Assembly (NCBI GenBank): GCA_948469375.1
Contig: CAOKLO010000011.1
Location: 37,283-61,282 of the forward strand
Length of the DNA: 24,000 nt
Direction of reading: 5' to 3'
From: an uncultured bacterium
GTDB taxonomy: Bacteria; Bacillota; Clostridia; Oscillospirales; Oscillospiraceae
In this document: positions 8,949 through 15,866 of the stretch, piece by piece
How the letters are laid out: each line of letters opens with the position of its first letter
Position numbering within the stretch: the first letter of the stretch is position 1
Position numbers and translations under genes: made by a program
The notes under the pieces: model-generated
Told to the model about the DNA's origin: nothing
The model's input: only the letters and a program-made list of their open reading frames with translations
Database searches by the model: none

Positions 8949-8960
8949 AGCTTCTTCTAA

Positions 8961-9206
8961 TCAGCCTATATCCTCTAAATCAAACCTCTTAAACACATCA
9001 GAATCAAAGAAATCATAAAGTGAAATCTCCAGTCCATCGCAAATCAGCTTGATCGTAACGATACCTGGGTTGCGGCTGTTGCCGTATACAATGTTCTTGA
9101 GCGTTGTGGGCGGGATGCCAGATTTTCGGGCCAAAGAATTGATGTTATAGCCGTGTGTTGCGCACAGCTGTTGAATACGCAATGATACCTGCTTCCTCGT
9201 ATCCAT
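8961..9206 (-). CDS. XRE-family HTH regulator (81 aa)
   Basis: HTH segment YNINSLARKSGIPPTTLKNIVYGNS. Confidence 0.75.
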   Translation of the reverse strand: MDTRKQVSLRIQQLCATHGYNINSLARKSGIPPTTLKNIVYGNSRNPGIVTIKLICDGLEISLYDFFDSDVFKRFDLEDIG

Positions 9207-9219
9207 CTGTGCGCCTCCT

Positions 9220-9280
9220 GTCCATATATAGTCTATTTTAGTTTACCCTCTCAGAAAAACCAGACAGACTATATATGGAC
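9220..9280. promoter_or_regulatory. Perfect 15-bp inverted repeat; candidate operator
   Basis: GTCCATATATAGTCT at 9220-9234 and AGACTATATATGGAC at 9266-9280, immediately upstream of the start of the 8961..9206 gene. An imperfect third copy, AGACTTTATATGGTC, lies at 9310-9324. Confidence 0.55.
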
Positions 9281-9341
9281 TTTCAGCAGTAAATGAGCTA
9301 TAATGAAACAGACTTTATATGGTCTTTCTCAAATAACTCGT

Positions 9342-9671
9342 TTATCCCATGGCCTTAATCAGTTGTATGACAGACTGCAACACTCTTTCGGCTACCTCCC
9401 TGTCCTCTGGCAGCATAGAAACCAAGGCTTCTGTCGCCAGCGTCCGATTGAGGTCCGTATCATCCAGGCCGAAGAGAAGGTAGTCTGCGGAAATGTTGAG
9501 TGCTCTGGCTAACTTACAGATCGTATTGCAAGTCATACTCTTCGTTCCATTTTCGATATGCACCAAAAACTGCGGGGAGATACTTGCCATTTCCGCAAGC
9601 TGCTCACGGGTCAGTTTGTAATGCTCCCTGGTCTTCCGAACCCGCTTTCCAATTTCAATCAGCGTATCCAT
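9342..9671 (-). CDS. XRE-family HTH regulator (109 aa) with a C-terminal helical extension
   Basis: LTREQLAEMASISPQFLVHIENGTK ... DYLLFG. It is a paralog-like match to the 11552..11878 protein. Confidence 0.8.
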   Translation of the reverse strand: MDTLIEIGKRVRKTREHYKLTREQLAEMASISPQFLVHIENGTKSMTCNTICKLARALNISADYLLFGLDDTDLNRTLATEALVSMLPEDREVAERVLQSVIQLIKAMG

Positions 9672-9781
9672 GTGCTTTACCGCCTATAAACAATAGTGTA
9701 TGTTGTGGTTAGTCTACTGTTTATCTTATGGTTTGCATCCCACACTGAAAATAGTCTATAGGATAAATATAATTACGCCTA

Positions 9782-9810
9782 TTGACTAAATCAGAAAGAC
9801 GGGCTATTAT
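9782..9810 (+). promoter_or_regulatory. Candidate relaxase promoter
   Basis: TTGACT at 9782-9787, a 17-nt spacer, then TATTAT at 9805-9810. The implied leader is very short. Confidence 0.4.
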
Positions 9811-9849
9811 TGAACTAGGAGGTGTCACATAATCGCAACCACCCGCATC

Positions 9850-11250
9850 ATGTCCCTGCACACCGGCAAGGACCGGACTATGGGAAAGGCAATCAGCACC
9901 ATCATCGACTATGTGGAGAACCCGGACAAGACGGACGGCGGCAGGCTGATCTCCAGCTACCAGTGCGACAGCCGGATCGCGGACGCGGAGTTCCTGATGT
10001 CCAAACGGCAGTACGCCGCCAAGACCGGACGGCGGCGCGGGGCCGATGATGTGATTGCCTACACCATCCGGCAGTCCTTCGTCCCCGGCGAGATCACGCC
10101 GGAGGAAGCGAACCGCCTGGGCCGGGAGCTGGCAATGCGCTTTACCAAGGGCAACCACGCGTTTATCGTCTGCACTCACATCGACAAACGGCATGTTCAT
10201 AACCACATCATCTGGAATTCCACCGCTCTGGACCACTCCCGGAAGTTCCGGGACTTCCTCGGTTCCGGGAAAGCGGTGCGGCGGCTCAGTGACACCATCT
10301 GCGTTGAGAACGGCTACTCCATCGTGGAGAATCCCCAGCGGCGGGGCAAGAGCTACGACAAGTGGCAGGGGGACAAGCCGCCCTCTCACCGGGACCGGCT
10401 CCGCATGGCGATTGATGCCGCCCTCGCACGGAAACCCGCTGACCTGGAGGCGCTGCTGAACCTCCTGCGGGAGGCCGGAATCGAAGTGTCCCCACGGGGC
10501 AAATCCATCCGGCTGAAAGCGCCGGGACAGCAAAAATTTGTCCGCCTGGACGCGGACAGCATGGGCGAGGACTACGGCATTGACACGCTCCTGGCCGTCC
10601 TTTCCGGGGAGAAGAAGCATACGCCGCGCACAAAAAATATCCACCGCGCAGACCCGCCAAAGGTGAATCTGCTGGTGGATATTCAAGCAAAGCTCCAGGC
10701 CGGAAAGGGCGCGGGGTACGCACGGTGGGCCAAAACCTTCAACCTCAAACAGATGGCCCAGACCCTCAACTATCTGACGGAGCACGGGCTTCTCAACTAC
10801 GCCGATCTCTCGGCAAAGACCTCTGCGGCTACCGACCGATACCATGAGCTGTCGGATCAGATCAAGGCGGCGGAAAAGCGCATGGCGGAGATCGCCGTGC
10901 TGAGATCGCACATCATCAACTACGCCAAGACCCGTGATGTATACGTGGCCTACCGTAAGGCCGGATACTCTAAAAAATTCAAGGCGGAGCATGAGGCGGA
11001 GATACTGCTGCATCAGGCGGCAAAGAGTTTTTTCAATGAATCCGGGCTGAAAAAGCTGCCCACAATCAAGAGCTTGCAGGCCGAATACGCCGCACTCCTG
11101 GCAGAAAAAAAGACGGCATATGCCGACTACCGCAAGGCGCGAGACGAGATGAAGGAGCTGCTGACCGTCCAGGCCAACGTGGACCGGCTGATGGGCTACG
11201 ATGAACAGAAGCGGCAGCAGGAGGCGGTCCGCCAGGAGGAACACCGCTGA
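9850..11250 (+). CDS. MOB relaxase / mobilization nuclease (Relaxase-MobA/VirD2 type); the true start is probably upstream at a non-ATG codon (9832 or 9829)
   Basis: Histidine triad HIDKRHVHNHIIWNS, an N-terminal YVENPDKTDGG motif, and a C-terminal coiled region. SD AGGAGGTG at 9817-9824 lies 25 nt from ATG 9850 but 7 nt from ATC 9832. Confidence 0.9.
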   Translation: MSLHTGKDRTMGKAISTIIDYVENPDKTDGGRLISSYQCDSRIADAEFLMSKRQYAAKTGRRRGADDVIAYTIRQSFVPGEITPEEANRLGRELAMRFTKGNHAFIVCTHIDKRHVHNHIIWNSTALDHSRKFRDFLGSGKAVRRLSDTICVENGYSIVENPQRRGKSYDKWQGDKPPSHRDRLRMAIDAALARKPADLEALLNLLREAGIEVSPRGKSIRLKAPGQQKFVRLDADSMGEDYGIDTLLAVLSGEKKHTPRTKNIHRADPPKVNLLVDIQAKLQAGKGAGYARWAKTFNLKQMAQTLNYLTEHGLLNYADLSAKTSAATDRYHELSDQIKAAEKRMAEIAVLRSHIINYAKTRDVYVAYRKAGYSKKFKAEHEAEILLHQAAKSFFNESGLKKLPTIKSLQAEYAALLAEKKTAYADYRKARDEMKELLTVQANVDRLMGYDEQKRQQEAVRQEEHR

Positions 11251-11551
11251 CCGTTTCCCTTGTTCCGCTGGGCTCTGACCAGCAAAAAGCGTTCCGTAGG
11301 AACGCGCAGCCAGCCCCCGTCAAGGGGGCTGTTCATCAGGGGTTTGGGGAAGTCTTCCCCAACAAGCAGATGCGAGTGTATTGACACTCGCCCTGCTTGC
11401 CCGTTTCCGGCCCCCGTCCTGCCGTCCCCCGTCCCTTGCAGGAAAAAAAGGGACTATTTGCTGTCCAGAACCAACGAAATAGGAGAATCTGACAGATTAC
11501 GGATTGCTGAACCAGAAAAACCTCCTGTGCCAATTTCGAGCATCGGAGGTT

Positions 11552-11878
11552 TTACCGTTGTTTGGATGCGTCAGCGTATAGCCGCAGGATTTGGCAGGCA
11601 TCCTCCCGTTGACGCGGCGACAGCGAGTTGATGATTTCTGCAATCGGGCTTTCATGAGCTGTCACAGTTCCAAACAGCAGATAATCTATGCTGATGGTAA
11701 GCGTCCGGCTCAAGCGAATTAGCGTGTCCAATGATACGCTCTTTTCTCCGCGTTCAATCATCTGATAAAACCTCAGACTGATGCCAATCTTTTCCGCGAC
11801 ATATTCCTGTGTAAAGGCGAGCTGGTTTCGTCTGTTACGGAGGCGTTCACCGAATAACAGCAATTCCTCATGTGTCAA
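11552..11878 (-). CDS. XRE-family HTH regulator (108 aa), divergent from the SLOG/RT unit
   Basis: FTQEYVAEKIGISLRFYQMIERGEK ... DYLLFG. Confidence 0.8.
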   Translation of the reverse strand: MTHEELLLFGERLRNRRNQLAFTQEYVAEKIGISLRFYQMIERGEKSVSLDTLIRLSRTLTISIDYLLFGTVTAHESPIAEIINSLSPRQREDACQILRLYADASKQR

Positions 11879-11942
11879 ACATCATCACCTCTCATGGTTC
11901 GTAGTTTACACCTGTTAGTTCGTTCCTGAAACGAAATGTTAG

Positions 11943-11971
11943 TTGCTATTACGAACTATGAGTAGTATAAT
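11943..11971 (+). promoter_or_regulatory. Promoter of the 12030-15676 unit, with an overlapping operator-like repeat
   Basis: TTGCTA at 11943-11948, a 17-nt spacer, then TATAAT at 11966-11971. The 8-bp inverted repeat TAGTTCGT (11916-11923) / ACGAACTA (11951-11958) places one arm inside the spacer. A direct repeat TGTTAGTT lies nearby. Confidence 0.5.
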
Positions 11972-12029
11972 GGGAATCAACAATATACAGACACCCGACA
12001 GAAAAATATGCGTCAGCTAGGGGAAAACT

Positions 12030-12641
12030 ATGCCAGAACAATCTAAAAATGACATCCCGGACGATGGACTCTTCCTAAACCTATTGACCAGGGTTTTAGA
12101 AATCATAAAATCAAAACCCTTTGCAAACATGGACGAGGACGAGTTAAGCCTTTATGCGGACTACGTGCAGTACAGAGCACAGAGGGACCTCTTTGAACTG
12201 TTCGAGGATGTGTCGCCGGGTACGACCACCTGGGAGAATTTTCGGCTGATGATGCGCGGCACACAGGAACTGCGGGACATCTGTATGGCGGTCATCTGCC
12301 GGAAGATAGGGACCGCTCTCTGTGATTTTAATTTTACGGAAAAAGAAATTCCTTTTTGCAGAGAAACTGACGAGCCAGCGGAAAATATGCTTTATGCGGC
12401 CCGGCTTTTTTCAGAAAGCGAGGGGGTCATCCTCATGGCGCTATTTCTGTTGTTTGCAGAACTGGCGCACTTTATCCATTTGCGGGACACGGTATGTCCC
12501 GGCTACAAGTGGGAGGACTATTATCACGATCTGTTTCATGGCGGCAAGCTGTGGGATGCGGTGAGGATCGCTTTTCGGGGAGCAATACAACGTTTAGATT
12601 TTAAGCCTGACTGGTTGGAGGTTGGATTCAATGAACTATGA
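12030..12641 (+). CDS. Hypothetical protein (203 aa), no recognisable domain
   Basis: ORF track. AGGGGAA lies upstream of the ATG. The 3' end overlaps the next gene by 11 nt. Confidence 0.6.
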   Translation: MPEQSKNDIPDDGLFLNLLTRVLEIIKSKPFANMDEDELSLYADYVQYRAQRDLFELFEDVSPGTTTWENFRLMMRGTQELRDICMAVICRKIGTALCDFNFTEKEIPFCRETDEPAENMLYAARLFSESEGVILMALFLLFAELAHFIHLRDTVCPGYKWEDYYHDLFHGGKLWDAVRIAFRGAIQRLDFKPDWLEVGFNEL

Positions 12642-13182
12642 AAATACTGCGGCCTTTACCGGCCACCGCCCCAGCAAACTGCCCTGGCGTTATGATGAGG
12701 CTGATCCCAGGTGCATAGCACTGAAGGAGGTCCTTACGGAGCAGATCAGACTGCTGGCAGACAGGGGCGTGACCACATTCCTCTCAGGTATGGCCCTGGG
12801 GACCGATCTCTGGTGCGCCCAGATTGTTCTGGACCTTCGCAAAGAGAATCCCGCCCTACAACTTCACTGTATTCTTCCCTGCGAGGGGCAAAAAAATAAG
12901 TGGCCTGCATCAGAACAGGAGCGGTATCGCTCTATCCTGAAGCAGGCCGATGATGTGGTTTTTGTAGAACGGGAGTATACCCGGAACTGTATGCTGGAGC
13001 GGAACAGATATATGGTTGATAACTCTTCGATTCTTCTTGCCGTCTACAACGGAGTTCGGCGCAGCGGCACGGGGGCAACCGTGAGCTATGCAAAAAAGTG
13101 TGACCGGGAGATCATTGTCATTGAGCCTGCGTCTCAAAGCATCTCTTCTGTCGGAGGAAGGTATCAAGGCCAACCGTCTTAG
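12631..13182 (+). CDS. SLOG-superfamily DUF1273 / YpsA-like protein
   Basis: GGAGG at 12617-12621 precedes ATG 12631. Motifs FTGHRPSKLP, FLSGMALGTDLWCAQIVL and SGTGATV are typical of DUF1273/YpsA. Confidence 0.8.
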   Translation: MNYENTAAFTGHRPSKLPWRYDEADPRCIALKEVLTEQIRLLADRGVTTFLSGMALGTDLWCAQIVLDLRKENPALQLHCILPCEGQKNKWPASEQERYRSILKQADDVVFVEREYTRNCMLERNRYMVDNSSILLAVYNGVRRSGTGATVSYAKKCDREIIVIEPASQSISSVGGRYQGQPS

Positions 13183-13188
13183 CCCTCT

Positions 13189-13208
13189 GCAAACAGTTTG
13201 CTTTTTTT
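13189..13208 (+). terminator. Weak terminator-like hairpin
   Basis: GCAAA-CAG-TTTGC followed by TTTTTTT. The stem is short, so termination is probably leaky. Confidence 0.35.
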
Positions 13209-13288
13209 ACAATCTTATGCCACAATGGCTTTGATCTCCATTGAGGGCAGGAGAAAATTAACGCCTGTCCTCTGCAAAGGAGGCTACC

Positions 13289-15676
13289 ATGAAGATCGTG
13301 AGCTGGAATGTAAATGGAATTGTCGCCTGCCGGAGAAAAGGCTTCTTGCAGTTTCTGAGGGACACACAACCGGATGTGATGTGCTGCCAGGAAATCAAAA
13401 CCCGCTGCGTACTGCGCACACCGGGTTATCATCAATTCTGGAATCCCGCAAAACGTCCAGGCTATTCCGGGACGCTTACTCTGACAAAACTGCTGCCGCT
13501 TTCTTGTTCGCTTGGTATGGGCATTGAAAAGTTTGACGATGAGGGAAGACTAATCACGCTTGAATACAAAAATTTTTTTGTTGTCAATGTATATGTCCCC
13601 AGTATTCATACCGGCTCAAAGCCGGAAAGGCCGGATTTTCGCTTGGAGTGGGACAATGCGCTGCGGGAGTATGTCTCGAAACTGAAAAAGCCCGTAGTCT
13701 TAGCGGGGGACTTTAACGCTACACGCAGCTACATAGACACCTATCCTGAGAACGGGAAAAATGAACCAGAACCGCCCTTTTTTTATTCAGAAGTGCGGGA
13801 GGGACTGGAGCGGCTCCTATCTACTGGATTAGTGGACGCTTTTCGGGTACTATACCCACGGCGAACGGGGGCCTATACATGGTGGGGGCCGAAGAACAAC
13901 GACCGGGCCGAAAACCGTGGTTCGCGATTGGACTACTTCCTTGTGTCTGGTGAAATACTTTCTTCTGTGCGAAGCGTTAAGTTTCACAAAGATACTCACG
14001 GTTCGGATCACTGCCCGATCTCTATGCTTTTCAATCCGGTTACGCCGAAGCTGGAAATGAGCGACAGAGATATGGTGGCAATATGGGCCTCCATCAACTG
14101 GGATACGCTGGAGGAAGTTCTTCTTTCGATGCAGCAGGATTTGGCCTATGCCGCATACAACCGGGAATGGGACAAGGTTGACCGTCTCCAAAATGAGCTG
14201 GTCCGCTCCTGGGCGGCGCGGGCGCTGGCTGTTCGCTCTACCCTGGACAAAAGCACCTTCCCAGGAGTTGACGGTGTTCGATGGACTACGGACGCACAGA
14301 AAGCGCGGGCCGCAGTGTCCCTGACCTCCAGAGGCTACCGCCCACTCCCATATCTGCATATGGAGCTGGAAGAAAACGGGAAGACGCGAACAAATCTTCT
14401 TCCCGCAATGCGGGATAAGGCCATGCAGATTTTATATTCCTACGCCCTTGACCCTGTTGCGGAATCTACAGCGGATCGCAAGTCCTTTTTCGCAAGAAGA
14501 GGACGCTCGGCGCTGGATGCACACGCATACCTCAGTCGAGACTTGAGTGGTGATAATCCACCAGACTATGTAGTCCTTATAGATGTACAATCTTTTTACG
14601 ACACGGTGGTTCATGACTGGCTGATAAAAAACATCCCAATGGATAAAACGATGCTGCGGAAGTTTTTGAAGGCTGGCATGGTAAAAGAGGGAGAGATGTT
14701 CCCAACGGACAAAGGGATGTCCATGGCCTCCAGTCTATCGTCTATCCTGGGGAATATGATCTTGGACGGTTTGCAGTCTTATCTCTACGACCATCTTTAC
14801 CCCTCTGGGGGCGTTGACTATAGAAACGGAAATCTCCACAGATTCGCTGATGATATGGCTATTACCGCATATGGCTATGAACAGGCGGAGAAGATTATGG
14901 CGATTACCTCTGAATTTCTGGCACAGCGGGGCCTGCGGGTACACCCTGATAAATCCTGCATTGCAAATGTCAATGCAGGATTTGACTATATCGGCCGGAA
15001 CTATAAACGTGTTGACGGCGTTCTGACAGTGACACCGGCAGACAGCTCTATCAGGAAAATAGAACATGAGTTGGAAAAACTCATCATGAACTTTACAGGA
15101 ACCCAGAGAGCTTTGATTGAGAAGATCAATCAAAAGCTGAAAGGATGGGGGAGCTATCACCGCGTGGAGGATTCCTACATGGAATTCCGCCATATTGACG
15201 CTGTTGTTGAGGGGCTGCTGGTGAAAAAGATGTGTGAAAAATATCCCAGCTGGCACCGGCAGACCGTTTTGAATAAGTTCTGGACAAAAGATGGAATGAC
15301 ATATGTTTTTATACTGCCGACCGACCCGTCCGTCAGGGTTGTTCAGCTAGCGCAGTTGCCGATTGTGCGTCACAAACCATGCAGAGTTAAGTTCAACCCC
15401 TATTTGGACCAGGATTATCATATCTACCTCAAGCACCGGCGCGATGCGCAAAAAAGCAACGGAGCTTATCGGGCGGTATGGACCCGTCAGAGTGGACGCT
15501 GTGCCTATTGCAATCAAAGGATGCTTGCCGATCAAGAGATAGAACTTGTAGAAAAAAACATTGGGCAGGGATGGAAAATAAAAAACCTGATCTACATACA
15601 CCGGCGTTGCAGCTATCAGGTATGTTTTTCTTCAAACGGAGCGGAGGGAGATCCTATTGACGCAGGGAACTTATGA
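13289..15676 (+). CDS. Fusion protein: ExoIII/ExoA/APE-type (EEP) endonuclease + group-II-intron-like reverse transcriptase + degenerate C-terminal CxxC/HNH-like finger
   Basis: SD AAAGGAGG at 13276-13283.
- EEP signature: SWNVNG, CQEIK, NVYVP, GDFNAT, RLDYFLVS, GSDHCP.
- RT blocks: FPGVDGVRW, LIDVQSFYD, GMSMASSLSSILGNMILD, FADD (nt 14843-14854), FDYIGRNY.
- Thumb/X: KLKGWGSYHR.
- C-terminal finger: CAYC (from nt 15500) ... IHRRC.
- One uninterrupted frame of 795 aa. Confidence 0.85.
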   Translation: MKIVSWNVNGIVACRRKGFLQFLRDTQPDVMCCQEIKTRCVLRTPGYHQFWNPAKRPGYSGTLTLTKLLPLSCSLGMGIEKFDDEGRLITLEYKNFFVVNVYVPSIHTGSKPERPDFRLEWDNALREYVSKLKKPVVLAGDFNATRSYIDTYPENGKNEPEPPFFYSEVREGLERLLSTGLVDAFRVLYPRRTGAYTWWGPKNNDRAENRGSRLDYFLVSGEILSSVRSVKFHKDTHGSDHCPISMLFNPVTPKLEMSDRDMVAIWASINWDTLEEVLLSMQQDLAYAAYNREWDKVDRLQNELVRSWAARALAVRSTLDKSTFPGVDGVRWTTDAQKARAAVSLTSRGYRPLPYLHMELEENGKTRTNLLPAMRDKAMQILYSYALDPVAESTADRKSFFARRGRSALDAHAYLSRDLSGDNPPDYVVLIDVQSFYDTVVHDWLIKNIPMDKTMLRKFLKAGMVKEGEMFPTDKGMSMASSLSSILGNMILDGLQSYLYDHLYPSGGVDYRNGNLHRFADDMAITAYGYEQAEKIMAITSEFLAQRGLRVHPDKSCIANVNAGFDYIGRNYKRVDGVLTVTPADSSIRKIEHELEKLIMNFTGTQRALIEKINQKLKGWGSYHRVEDSYMEFRHIDAVVEGLLVKKMCEKYPSWHRQTVLNKFWTKDGMTYVFILPTDPSVRVVQLAQLPIVRHKPCRVKFNPYLDQDYHIYLKHRRDAQKSNGAYRAVWTRQSGRCAYCNQRMLADQEIELVEKNIGQGWKIKNLIYIHRRCSYQVCFSSNGAEGDPIDAGNL

Positions 15677-15837
15677 ATGAGGATATAGCCTGAGTTTCGG
15701 TATATATCATCTCGCATATTCCCCGAAACCGTTGGAAATTGTGCGCTCAGAGCAAAAGCGGGCATGTTTGGAAATAAGGCCGTAATCCCTTGCAAGATAA
15801 CGGATTCAGAAAAAACAACGAAACTCGGACATAGGTC

Positions 15838-15866
15838 TTGACTTCCAAAGTAAGTTCTGATAAAAT
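15838..15866 (+). promoter_or_regulatory. Extended -10 promoter of the RiPP operon
   Basis: TTGACT at 15838-15843, a 17-nt spacer ending in TGA, then TAAAAT at 15861-15866. Confidence 0.55.

Noticed and set aside
13184-13278. The 10-bp direct repeat CCTCTGCAAA (13184-13193 and 13269-13278) as a target-site duplication of a retroelement.
   Set aside because: Both copies lie upstream of the RT ORF and bracket only 75 nt of spacer, so they do not flank the gene. A chance match or local duplication is more likely.
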